Shown here one piece after another: positions 8,538 to 17,098 of a stretch of 25,191 bases of DNA. Under the pieces are notes generated by a model, which worked only from the letters and a program-made list of their open reading frames with translations, was not told the DNA's origin and searched no databases. The translations under genes and the position numbers were made by a program. This stretch comes from Meiothermus sp. (lineage in GTDB: Bacteria; Deinococcota; Deinococci; Deinococcales; Thermaceae): NCBI GenBank assembly GCA_033762915.1, contig JANRLD010000111.1, positions 1 to 25,191 on the forward strand, given 5' to 3'. Position 1 is the first letter of the stretch. Each line of letters starts with the position of its first letter.

Positions 8538-9515
8538 TCACCCGTTCACCAGCCTGTTCGGTATCACCCCGCTGACCATGTGGCAGGCCGACTGGTGGCC
8601 TTCGCGCACGGCGGCTGGGGCGGGAACCTGGTCCCAGCAGGCCTGTTCGGCGAAGGGGCAGCGGGGGGCGAAGGGGCAGCCCTGCGAGGTCTTGCCGCTG
8701 TCGAGCGCAAGGTTGCGCTCCCAGGGCCAGGGCGGCTTCAGGGCCTCCTCCTCTTCGGAGACCACCGGGATCGAGGAGATCAGCATCCGGGTGTAGGGGT
8801 GCTCGGGGTCGCGGAAGAGTTCGGCGGTTGGGCCTAGCTCCACCGCCTTGCCCCGGTACATCACCACCACCCGCCCGGCCACGTTGCGCACCACCGAGAG
8901 GTCGTGGGTGATGAAGATGTAGGTCAGCTTGAACTTGGCCTGCAACTCGACGAGCAGGGCCAGGACTTTTGCCTGTACGCTCACGTCGAGGGCGCTGGTT
9001 GGCTCGTCGAGCACCAGCAGCTTGGGCTCGACCGTGAGCGCCCTGGCGATCGCCACCCGCTGCCGCTGCCCGCCCGACAGGGCCGAGGGGAAGCGGTCGA
9101 GGTAATCGGCGCTCATCCCGACCACCTCGAGCAACTCCGCCGCCCTCTTGCGCTGCTCGACTGCCGAGCCGACGCGGTGGGTCTGGAGGGGCACCCGAAT
9201 GCTCTGGAATATCGTTCGGCGCGGGTTGAGGGTGGTCATGGGGTTCTGCTGCACGTACTGAATCTGGCGGCGCAGCGCGAGCGAGCGGTTTGCGGTTAGC
9301 GGCTGGCCCGAGAACTTTAGCTCGCCGCCCGTCGCCCCTTCCGCCCCCAGGATCATGTTGGCCAGCGTGGTCTTGCCCGAACCCGACTCGCCCACCACGG
9401 CCAGAGTCTCGCCCGGGAAGACCTCGAGCGTCACCCCGTCGAGTGCCCGCACCAGGCCCGAGCGGGTGGGGTAGTGCTTGGAGAGCTGTCGCACTTCAAG
9501 CAGCGGCTCAGGCAC
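8538..9515 (-). CDS. Oligopeptide/dipeptide ABC ATPase (OppF/DppF-like)
   Basis: GESGSGKT, LSGGQRQR, LDEPTSALD, HPYT, GCPFAPRCP. Confidence 0.93.
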   Translation of the reverse strand: MPEPLLEVRQLSKHYPTRSGLVRALDGVTLEVFPGETLAVVGESGSGKTTLANMILGAEGATGGELKFSGQPLTANRSLALRRQIQYVQQNPMTTLNPRRTIFQSIRVPLQTHRVGSAVEQRKRAAELLEVVGMSADYLDRFPSALSGGQRQRVAIARALTVEPKLLVLDEPTSALDVSVQAKVLALLVELQAKFKLTYIFITHDLSVVRNVAGRVVVMYRGKAVELGPTAELFRDPEHPYTRMLISSIPVVSEEEEALKPPWPWERNLALDSGKTSQGCPFAPRCPFAEQACWDQVPAPAAVREGHQSACHMVSGVIPNRLVNG

Positions 9516-10482
9516 GGCCGACCTCCCCGTAGAGCACGCAGGCCGCCTTATGCCCGCCGCCGAGGTCGCGCAAGGGCTGGGCCTGTGTGCAGGCCTCTCG
9601 AGCCTGGGCGCAGCGGGGATGAAACCGGCAGCCCGGGGGCGGCTTGGTGTAGTCGGGCACGAAGCCGTCTATGCCCAAAGGCAGCTGGCCGCCGCTCAGC
9701 TTGGGAACCGAGGCCATCAGGGCCTGGGTGTAGGGGTGCTTGGGGCTGCTAAAAATCTGCCGGGTAGAGCCCTCCTCCACCACGCTCCCCGCATACATCA
9801 CGTAGACCCGATCTGCGAATTCGCGCACCACGCCCAGGTTGTGGGTGATGAGCAGCACCGCCGAGTTCAGCTCCTCGGTGAGCTTTCTCATCAGCCGCAG
9901 GGTCTGCTCCTGCACCGTCACGTCGAGTGCCGTGCCCGGCTCGTCGGCCAGCACCAGATCGGGCTGGTTGACCAGCGCCATCGCGATCAGGACGCGCTGA
10001 TTCAGACCGCCTGAGAGCTGGAAGGGATACGCCCCCAGCACCCGCTCGGGGTCGGTGATGGCCACTTGTTTAAGGGCGTTTTTGGCCAACTCATAGACTT
10101 CTTGTTTGGCCCGGGCCTTGTCGCCCCGGCGAATCACCGCCGTCATCTGGTCGAGGATGGTAAACGTCGGGTTCAAGGAGGCCATGGGGTCTTGGAAGAT
10201 CGGGCAGATGCGCCGCCCGCGCAGCTCGCGCAGTTTCGACGCGGGGCTTCGCAGCATGTCCAGGCCGTCGAACTCGACCGTGCCGTCGACCTGCGCGTTG
10301 TCCTGCTGTACCAGCCCCATGATCAGCCGCAGTGTGACCGATTTGCCGCAGCCCGACTCGCCCACCACCGCCACCCGCTCGCCCCGGCCCACCTCGAGGC
10401 TCACCCCGTTGAGCACGTGCGAGACCCCCTCGAACAGCCGGAAGCGCAGGTGCAGGTCGGATACGCGCAGCAGCGGCTTCAC
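9508..10482 (-). CDS. Oligopeptide/dipeptide ABC ATPase (OppD/DppD-like)
   Basis: GESGCGKS, FQDPM, LSGGLNQR, ADEPGTALD, GCRFHPRC. Confidence 0.93.
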   Translation of the reverse strand: MKPLLRVSDLHLRFRLFEGVSHVLNGVSLEVGRGERVAVVGESGCGKSVTLRLIMGLVQQDNAQVDGTVEFDGLDMLRSPASKLRELRGRRICPIFQDPMASLNPTFTILDQMTAVIRRGDKARAKQEVYELAKNALKQVAITDPERVLGAYPFQLSGGLNQRVLIAMALVNQPDLVLADEPGTALDVTVQEQTLRLMRKLTEELNSAVLLITHNLGVVREFADRVYVMYAGSVVEEGSTRQIFSSPKHPYTQALMASVPKLSGGQLPLGIDGFVPDYTKPPPGCRFHPRCAQAREACTQAQPLRDLGGGHKAACVLYGEVGRA

Positions 10483-10483
10483 C

Positions 10484-11332
10484 CTACACCTCCACGTCCA
10501 GCAGGTCGCGCAGGCCGTCGCCCAGGAGGTTGAAGCCCAGCACGCAGAAAAGCACCGCCAGCCCCGGAAAGACCGAGATCCACCACTGGTCGGGCAGGTA
10601 CTTGGCCCCGTCCGCCACCATCGTGCCCAGGTCGGGGGTAGGGGGCTGTACGCCCAGGCCCAGGAAGGAGAGGCTCGAGCCGATCAGGATCACGAAGCCC
10701 ATGTCCAGGGTCATCTTGGTGAGGATGGAGGGCGCGCAGTTGGGCAGGATCTCGCGGAAGAGGATGTGGGCCTTGCTGGCCCCGATCACCTCCGCCGCCG
10801 TCACAAAGCCCTCGGTGCGCACCGAGCGGGTCAGGTTGTAGACCAGACGGGTGTACCAGGGCCACCACATCACCGTGACCGCCATCATGGCGTTGAAAAG
10901 GTTGGGCTGCAAGAAGCCCAGCACCGCGAGCGCCAGAACCAGCGGGGGAACCGCCAAAAACACGTCGGTGATGCGCATGATGACGGCCTCGAGCCGCCCC
11001 CCGAAGTAGCCCGCCAACAGCCCCAGTAAGACGCCTATGGGGACCGCCAGCAGCAGCACCACCACCCCCAGGGCCAGCGAAACGCGAAAGCCGAAGATGA
11101 TCCGGGTCAGGATGTCACGCCCGATGGTGTCTGTGCCCAAGAGGTACTTGCCGGACGGGGCTTGGGAGGCCTCGCCGAAGTTGGTAAACGTCCCGACGTG
11201 GGCCGGATACGGCGAGACCAGCGGGGCGAAAACCGCCAGCAGCAGCACCAGTGCGATGATGGCCAGCCCGATCACCGAGAGCGGGTTGCGCGAGAAGCGG
11301 AACCAGGCCCTCGAGCGAAACACCTGCACCAT
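10484..11332 (-). CDS. Peptide ABC permease (OppC/DppC-like)
   Basis: LGTDTIGRD and EAA-like GFVTAAEVIGAS motifs. Likely start ATG 11332 overlaps the upstream TGA (TGATG). Confidence 0.92.
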   Translation of the reverse strand: MVQVFRSRAWFRFSRNPLSVIGLAIIALVLLLAVFAPLVSPYPAHVGTFTNFGEASQAPSGKYLLGTDTIGRDILTRIIFGFRVSLALGVVVLLLAVPIGVLLGLLAGYFGGRLEAVIMRITDVFLAVPPLVLALAVLGFLQPNLFNAMMAVTVMWWPWYTRLVYNLTRSVRTEGFVTAAEVIGASKAHILFREILPNCAPSILTKMTLDMGFVILIGSSLSFLGLGVQPPTPDLGTMVADGAKYLPDQWWISVFPGLAVLFCVLGFNLLGDGLRDLLDVEV

Positions 11333-12360
11333 CAACGGGCCTCCCGGCGGAAGCGGATGCGGGGGTTGATGTAGCCCACGATCAGGTCGACGAGGATGTT
11401 GATGAGCAGGAAGAAGGCAGCGATGATCAGGGTTGTGCCCACGATGGCGTTGAGGTCTTTGCGGAGGATGGCCTGCACCGCGTACCGCGCCATCCCCGGC
11501 CAGTTGAACACCGCCTCGACCAGGAAGGCTCCGCCCAGCATGGCGGCGAGGTCGAGGCCCAAGATGGTTAAGGTGGGAATCATCGCGGGCCGCAGGGCGT
11601 ACTTGAAGGCGATGGTGGACTCTCGGATGCCGTAGGCCCGGGCCATCTCGATGTAGGGCTTGCCGTAGGTGTCGAGCATGTTGGCCCGTGTGAGCCGCGC
11701 CGCCTGCCCCAGGCCCGCCATCGCCAGCGCAAACGCGGGCAGCACCATATGATGCACGGCGTCCCGGAAGGTGGCCCACTGCCCGGCCAGCAGCGCGTCC
11801 ACTGTCACCATGCCGGTCACCCGGGGCGGCGGCACAAAGGCATCGCCCAAGCGCCCCGCGACCGGGAACAGTATCACCCAGTAGGCCAGCAGCAGGATCA
11901 GGAAAATCGCCCACACGAAGCTGGGGGTCACCACGCCCAACAGGGAGAGCACTCGAGCCAGGTTGTCCGGCCAGCGGTTGCGGTAGTAGGCTGCCAGGAT
12001 GCCCAGCGGCAGGCCCAGCAGCACCATAATCAGTCCGCCCGCCAGGACAAGCTCGAGGGTGGCGGGGAAGAACTCGGCAAGGTCGGTGGTGACCTCGCGC
12101 CGGGTGTACAGCGACATCCCCAGATCGCCCTGCGCCAACCGGCGGACAAACTCCACATACTGCAGCGGCAGAGGCCGATCTAAGTAAAGCTCTTCCCTCA
12201 GGTTCTCCACCTGCTCCTGCGAGGCCATTGGCCCCAGCGCGATGCGGGCGGGGTCGCCGGGGATGACTCGAGCCAGCACAAAAATCAGGATCGAGACACC
12301 GAACAGCACGCCTAAAGCGGCGAGCAACCGGCGGGCGAGGTAGGACAAAAAAGCGGTCAT
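11332..12360 (-). CDS. Peptide ABC permease (OppB/DppB-like)
   Basis: PGDPA, GDLGMSL, FPATLEL, YIEMARAYG, EAVFNWPG, NPRIR. Confidence 0.93.
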   Translation of the reverse strand: MTAFLSYLARRLLAALGVLFGVSILIFVLARVIPGDPARIALGPMASQEQVENLREELYLDRPLPLQYVEFVRRLAQGDLGMSLYTRREVTTDLAEFFPATLELVLAGGLIMVLLGLPLGILAAYYRNRWPDNLARVLSLLGVVTPSFVWAIFLILLLAYWVILFPVAGRLGDAFVPPPRVTGMVTVDALLAGQWATFRDAVHHMVLPAFALAMAGLGQAARLTRANMLDTYGKPYIEMARAYGIRESTIAFKYALRPAMIPTLTILGLDLAAMLGGAFLVEAVFNWPGMARYAVQAILRKDLNAIVGTTLIIAAFFLLINILVDLIVGYINPRIRFRREAR

Positions 12361-12653
12361 ATTGGTTCGGACTCTTCAAACTCGAGGACTGTGTTGTTTG
12401 GTAAAGCCCACTCCAGCTCTGATTTACTGTTCTTCTCTTCAAACCCCAGCACTATCCAAAACTCTCCGGTTGATCGCCTATCAGCGAAATCCAGACTTTT
12501 GATCTCAAGCGCTCGGAGCTTACCGTCGGAAAACTTTAGCGGAACGGTCTTAAGTCCGACCCGAAGCGTGCCGGTCAAAACATCACCGAGTACCAGTGCT
12601 CCACCTCCGGTGATCTCTTGGATGCCCTGAACACGAAACGAAGCGACGATCAC
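12357..12653 (-). CDS. Small hypothetical protein resembling a stand-alone EF-Tu domain II-type beta-barrel
   Basis: 98 aa from GTG; ATGA overlap with the oppB start; FRVQGIQEITGGGALVLGDVLTGTLRVG resembles the EF-Tu domain II pattern; about 50% GC in sampled lines. Confidence 0.6.
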   Translation of the reverse strand: MIVASFRVQGIQEITGGGALVLGDVLTGTLRVGLKTVPLKFSDGKLRALEIKSLDFADRRSTGEFWIVLGFEEKNSKSELEWALPNNTVLEFEESEPI

Positions 12654-12690
12654 GGATTTTCGATCATTGACTGTGGCGCGACCTTCGGGC

Positions 12691-12789
12691 TTTGTAGGGC
12701 CAGTGCATGGAGTCGGGCTTGAGATGCTGCTCTATCCGTTATCCATCGTGCGCAGCATTTGGCCAACCGTAAGGGACCGACCCTACAAA
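12691..12789. repeat. Degenerate REP doublet / MITE-like inverted repeat
   Basis: TTTGTAGGG (12691-12699) and CCCTACAAA (12781-12789), 12/14 match over the terminal arms, plus inner pair ATGCTGC (12724-12730) / GCAGCAT (12752-12758). Confidence 0.6.
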
Positions 12790-12811
12790 AACCCAAAAAC
12801 AGATCGTTGTT

Positions 12812-12854
12812 GAAGAAATCGGGTGGCTCGAGGGAGGAGGTCTGGAGCCACCCG
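12812..12854 (-). terminator. Stem-loop after the binding-protein gene (terminator or mRNA stabiliser)
   Basis: 10-bp stem CGGGTGGCTC/GAGCCACCCG (12820-12854) followed on the minus strand by ATTTCTTC. Confidence 0.65.
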
Positions 12855-12863
12855 CGACGGGGC

Positions 12864-14459
12864 TTACTCGATTTCCATCAGGCGGAAGAGCCAGTTGGCC
12901 CCGGTGGTCGAGACCGACTTGGACTCGTCCTCGAGGGTCGGGACCTTGATGTTGGCCTGCTTGGCGAAGACAGCCAGGTTGTCGTAGCCGAAGATGTCGG
13001 TCTGGAGGTCAACCAGGCGCCGTTGGATCTGCTTGTACATCTCCATGCGCTTGGCGTTGTCGGCGGTGGTGCGGGCCTCGTCGAGCATCTTGTCGATCTG
13101 GTCGTCCTTGAGCCAGCTCGACGACCAGAAGGTACCGGCGGCTTTGGAGGAGTACATCACGTAGAGCAGGCCGTCGGGGTCGGGGTAGGAGAGGCCGGTG
13201 AAGAGCGGGTAAAGGTTGGGGGTGGTTTCGGCCTTGGCAAAGCGCTCAGTCAGGCTGGCCCAGGGCACCTTGGTGATGTTGACCTTCACGCCCAGCTCGG
13301 CCATGTTCTGCTGGAACAGCAGGGCCATTTTTTCTTCCGAGGGCACTTCGGCCACCCAGGCCATATCGATCACGATGCTGCTGAGTTGGTTGGCGTACTT
13401 GGATCGGGCCAGCGCGGCCCTGGCGGCGGCCACGTCGCGCTTGGGGAAGGGGATCGAGCTGTCGTAGCTGGGGACGCCTGCGGGCAGGGGGCCTCGAGCG
13501 GGCTTGCCGCTGGAGATGGTGTCGGTGATTTTTAGGGTGCTACGGAGCGCCTCGTAGTCAAAGGCCAGCGCCATCGCCTTGCGGAAGTTCACGTCGTCGG
13601 TGGGGGCGCGCTGGGTGTTGAGTTTGAACATCAAGGAGCCCGAGCCGCCTTCGGTGATCAGGTTGATGCCCTGCTGACCGGCCAGGGCCTTGAAGACCTC
13701 CTGCGGGTGCCACTGGCTCGAGATGTCGTGCTCACGCCGCACCATCAGCGTGCGCATGGTGGCGGACTCAACCGAGTAGCGCTGGCGCACCACGTCGGGG
13801 GCTTTGGGGGCGAAGCCCAGGAAGTATTGGGGGAACTTTTGCAGCACCGTCAGTTCTTGAGGGTTGTGCGAGACCACCCGGTACGCGCCCGAGCCTGCGT
13901 CGTTGCTCGAGAGGAAGGCCTGACCGTAGTCGCCGTTGTTGCCGAAGCGTCCGTCGCGCTTGTTGCGAAGCACCAGGTCTTTGTTAACGATGGGTAGCCG
14001 CACCAGCGTGGAGAGGAAGGGGGCGTAGACGCCCGAGAGGTTAAAGCGCACCGTCGCCGAGTTCACCGCCTGTACCGAGGTGACCCATCCCGCGAACAGG
14101 AAGGCGAAGCCCTGATCCAGCGCCTTGACCCGCTCGAAGCTGAACACCACGTCGTCGGCCTGGACCAGCGTGCCGTCGTGGAATCGCACGTTGGGGCGCA
14201 GGTTGAAGGTGTAGGTGCGCCCGCCGTTGCTGGCCGTCCAGCGGGTGGCCAGGTGCGGCTTAACGCCCGTCTGGGGGTCGGGCATCACCAAGGTGTCGTA
14301 GATGTTGTAGGCCAGGATCGAGCCAGAGTAGTCGTTGCCCTTGTGGGGGTCGAGTTCGCCGGGGGCCGAGTTGTCCAGCCTCAGCACCCGCTGCTGGGCC
14401 AGCCCGAAGCCCGCCAACACGACCATGACTGCCATTAACCAAACTGCCGCTTTCTTCAT
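12864..14459 (-). CDS. Peptide ABC substrate-binding protein (family 5, OppA/DppA-like)
   Basis: Signal peptide MKKAAVWLMAVMVVLAGFGLA; LDPH, YTFNLRPNVRFHDG, GSGAY, DVNFRKAM motifs. Confidence 0.93.
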   Translation of the reverse strand: MKKAAVWLMAVMVVLAGFGLAQQRVLRLDNSAPGELDPHKGNDYSGSILAYNIYDTLVMPDPQTGVKPHLATRWTASNGGRTYTFNLRPNVRFHDGTLVQADDVVFSFERVKALDQGFAFLFAGWVTSVQAVNSATVRFNLSGVYAPFLSTLVRLPIVNKDLVLRNKRDGRFGNNGDYGQAFLSSNDAGSGAYRVVSHNPQELTVLQKFPQYFLGFAPKAPDVVRQRYSVESATMRTLMVRREHDISSQWHPQEVFKALAGQQGINLITEGGSGSLMFKLNTQRAPTDDVNFRKAMALAFDYEALRSTLKITDTISSGKPARGPLPAGVPSYDSSIPFPKRDVAAARAALARSKYANQLSSIVIDMAWVAEVPSEEKMALLFQQNMAELGVKVNITKVPWASLTERFAKAETTPNLYPLFTGLSYPDPDGLLYVMYSSKAAGTFWSSSWLKDDQIDKMLDEARTTADNAKRMEMYKQIQRRLVDLQTDIFGYDNLAVFAKQANIKVPTLEDESKSVSTTGANWLFRLMEIE

Positions 14460-14482
14460 AAACCCTCCTGCCTCGCCACCTT

Positions 14483-14803
14483 CTAGGATTTGCCGAACCA
14501 GAACCAGATCAGCTCAGTGTCTTGGGTTGCCCGGGCCCGGTGCTGCTCACCGGCCGGGATCCAGGCCACTTCTCCCGCCCCGACGACCGAGTGCTCGCCG
14601 GCGCACTCCACCTCGAGCGAGCCGCTCAGGATCACCGACAGCTCGTGCTGGGTGTGCGCCGAGTAGCCCTCGAGGGGCACCCACTCGCCCTTGCCCAGGC
14701 GAACGGTGCCCATCTGAAAGCCGGCCTGCTCCTCGGCGGGTAGCTCGAGCAGCGACAGGACCTGCTGCGGGGCGTTGGGGTACTTGAGCCTAAACACTTC
14801 CAT
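14483..14803 (-). CDS. Cupin domain protein
   Basis: HTQHELSVILSG ... IPAGEQH cupin motifs; ATG 14803 with GAGGAG SD. Confidence 0.85.
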   Translation of the reverse strand: MEVFRLKYPNAPQQVLSLLELPAEEQAGFQMGTVRLGKGEWVPLEGYSAHTQHELSVILSGSLEVECAGEHSVVGAGEVAWIPAGEQHRARATQDTELIWFWFGKS

Positions 14804-14811
14804 AGGTCTCC

Positions 14812-15351
14812 TCACAGCAGCGGTATGGTGTTGACCGAGATCAGCCGGACTTCCTCGTCGCCCTCGTTGCGCCAGCCGTGGCGCAGCCCGGACTTGTAGT
14901 GGATGGTGTTTCCCGGCCCCAGGCGGTAAGTCTTTTTGCCCACCTGCACAGTGAGACGCCCCTGGAGGATGTAGAAGAACTCCTCGCCGTGGTGCTTGGA
15001 GATCTCCTTGCTGTCGTGGTGGGGCGGGATCACCACAAAGAGCGGCTCGAGCTGCCGATCCTTGGCGGTCGAGCCCAGGCGGGCATAGCGGATCTTGGAG
15101 CCGTCGATGCTGAAGAAGTGCAGGTCGTCGATGGAGCGCACCCGCTCGTCCTGGTCGTGGGTGTCGAGGAAATAGTTCATGCTCACGTCCAGTCCCTCGG
15201 CGATGCTCTTGAGCGAGGTGAGCGAGAGGCCCTTGCTGCCCCGCTCGACCTGCGACAAGAACGGCACCGAGAGCCCCGTCCGCTTGGAAAGCTCGGTGAG
15301 GGTTAAGCGGAGTTGCATCCGCCGCGCCATAATCAGCTCGGAAAGTTCCAT
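14812..15351 (-). CDS. XRE-family HTH plus cupin transcriptional regulator (PuuR-like architecture)
   Basis: LTLTELSKRTGLSVPFLSQVERG HTH; HHGEEFFYILQG...HGWRN cupin. Confidence 0.92.
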   Translation of the reverse strand: MELSELIMARRMQLRLTLTELSKRTGLSVPFLSQVERGSKGLSLTSLKSIAEGLDVSMNYFLDTHDQDERVRSIDDLHFFSIDGSKIRYARLGSTAKDRQLEPLFVVIPPHHDSKEISKHHGEEFFYILQGRLTVQVGKKTYRLGPGNTIHYKSGLRHGWRNEGDEEVRLISVNTIPLL

Positions 15352-15369
15352 ATGCTACAGTTGCGGCGA

Positions 15370-15398
15370 ACTATAGCAAAGATTATTTGCCAAGTCAA
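15370..15398 (-). promoter_or_regulatory. sigma70 promoter of the regulator/catabolic cluster with a palindromic operator candidate in the spacer
   Basis: TTGACT (15398-15393), 17 nt, TATAGT (15375-15370); GCAAA-GATTA-TTTGC at 15376-15390. Confidence 0.75.
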
Positions 15399-15733
15399 TA
15401 AGTGTTTGCCTTACCCTGCGACGAGTCTCGATTACGAATAGCAGAGTTGGGCTAGATTGACCATGCGACGCCTGTTCTATAGGTTTTCTGGGTGTTTCTA
15501 CGGCTAAGGCCGTGCCTTTACAACACGCACTAATACATTGCCTTGAGACTGATCAAGCCCTCGAGGCAGAGTTAGTTTATCTTGCCTTTCCTACCCTGTG
15601 CATATATGTAGACCCGTGTAGGATCCATGTCTAGGTGCACTTAAAGCTAGACACTTGTTTCCCTGGGGTTGCTCTTGCCAATGTTAGGGAAGTCAATTGC
15701 GTCTTCAAAAAGCAGTTGGCACACGTTTTTGTC

Positions 15734-16363
15734 TTAAGGGAGGAGTAATGCTTTAGCATGAGAACCCGAACTACACCAGTCAATAATCTGAGGTAACCTT
15801 GTTGACAACTTAAAGTGGTTAGCCCATTGCTCAAGGCGTTTGAGTTTTCGCACAACTTCTTCAATGGATTTTACATTCGGTGATAACATCTCACAACGAG
15901 CGCCTCGACTTCCATCAACTCTCTTCATGGCCCACCCTCTTCCAAATAACTTCTGTGTCAGAACAACATCATTTTCATAGTGAATGAAACGAATTAGTTC
16001 AAAGTCACAAGTAAATGGTCGCTCAGAGTAGATACCGCAGCGACCAGTAACAAGGTCTAGGTTTCTACAAAAGTGATTCATGTGGTCATTTTGCAAATCA
16101 GATAGCAAGTTGATCATTTTGCCGTTAAATTCGACACTTCTTTCTTTCATTGGATAAGGCAAGGAGTCGTCCGGAAGGTAGTCAAGACTAAACCGAGGGC
16201 AACAACCACCACATTGAATTGGACAGGTATAGTCACGAAATATCAATGGTGATACCTTTATCCGTTTGGGATGAAAACGCATCCCTTTATACTGAAAACT
16301 GGATGCAGTAACTCCAGCTAAATAGGTGGTTATGATCTTATCGATAGAATCACGAAATGGCAT
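15734..16363 (-). CDS. YkgJ/FliB-like cysteine-cluster (CxxxCxxCC) protein, putative Fe-S/Zn enzyme
   Basis: YTCPIQCGGCC and FCRNLDLVTGRCGIYSERPFTC; GAGGAA SD; 14-nt overlap with the upstream gene. Confidence 0.8.
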   Translation of the reverse strand: MPFRDSIDKIITTYLAGVTASSFQYKGMRFHPKRIKVSPLIFRDYTCPIQCGGCCPRFSLDYLPDDSLPYPMKERSVEFNGKMINLLSDLQNDHMNHFCRNLDLVTGRCGIYSERPFTCDFELIRFIHYENDVVLTQKLFGRGWAMKRVDGSRGARCEMLSPNVKSIEEVVRKLKRLEQWANHFKLSTRLPQIIDWCSSGSHAKALLLP

Positions 16364-17015
16364 TTTTCTTCCTCACAGAGCTGTCTGGTGGGGGATAGTC
16401 ATCCCATATTTTTGTAATGTGCTTTATAGAATCTCGGAGGCACTGAGTGTAGCCTCCGATAGGATGGCTTCTGAATTGTTGTCCATCAAAGTAATCACCA
16501 AAAGTTGCATCTAGTGTAAATCTGTTGCAGTCCATACTAAAAACAGAGAGTTGGTTCGCCAAGATTCTTTGTCTGTCTGGTCTTCCTCCAAGCAAATGAA
16601 CCGGCCTATCAATGTACTTAGGATGAATTGTTGTGCCACCATATCGCGTTGGAACACTATATCCGATAAGGAAGTGCAAAGGAATAAGTGTGTCTATTTT
16701 ACCGGCGAGTCGAGGATCTTTAGGAACGACAACAACATGTTCACAATACTTGCGAAGAGCCTCTGCTTCTTCAAGAGTTCGATCTAGCTCTCTAATGTCA
16801 ACAACATCGCGAGCAACCGTAATGAAAGGTCTAGTTTTTGAGGCAGCATCTAAGTGTTTGGAGTAGCTGTAGTTTTTCCAGTCTATATCTAAAAATCCTA
16901 GTTTGGGAGCCGCACGAACATCCCTCAGATTGGTGTATCGTGCGCCAGGGAGCCAGCCAAACTCTTTGGCTATCTGCCATGCAATCCGATGTGAAACAAA
17001 CTTATGAATAGCCAT
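16350..17015 (-). CDS. DUF6610-like protein, probable TGT/DpdA-like (tRNA-guanine transglycosylase fold) barrel
   Basis: Motif order FLDIDWKN, VARDV, VVVPK, LIGYS, VHLLGGRP, VFSMDCN, FGDYF, recognised from memory of DUF6610 and TGT-like proteins. Confidence 0.7.
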   Translation of the reverse strand: MAIHKFVSHRIAWQIAKEFGWLPGARYTNLRDVRAAPKLGFLDIDWKNYSYSKHLDAASKTRPFITVARDVVDIRELDRTLEEAEALRKYCEHVVVVPKDPRLAGKIDTLIPLHFLIGYSVPTRYGGTTIHPKYIDRPVHLLGGRPDRQRILANQLSVFSMDCNRFTLDATFGDYFDGQQFRSHPIGGYTQCLRDSIKHITKIWDDYPPPDSSVRKKNAIS

Positions 17016-17098
17016 AGATTAAATAGGGTGTAACCCTTTTTGATTTGTAGATAGCATAATAGACTAACTGTCACTACATCAAGAGGAGTCTAGATTTT

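Noticed and set aside
11333..12442. Apparent N-terminal extension making a 652-aa OppC
   Set aside because: It overlaps oppB in another frame and reads as junk; the likely start is ATG 11332.
15631..15864. 77-aa ORF, a 14-codon ORF at 15463 and a 7-bp inverted repeat at 15628-15653
   Set aside because: Overlapping or too short, with no SD, motif or U-tract support.
15734..16363. Radical SAM enzyme (CxxxCxxC)
   Set aside because: The extra Cys, the downstream C..C..Y..RP..C motif and the lack of a GGEP motif fit the YkgJ/FliB family better.
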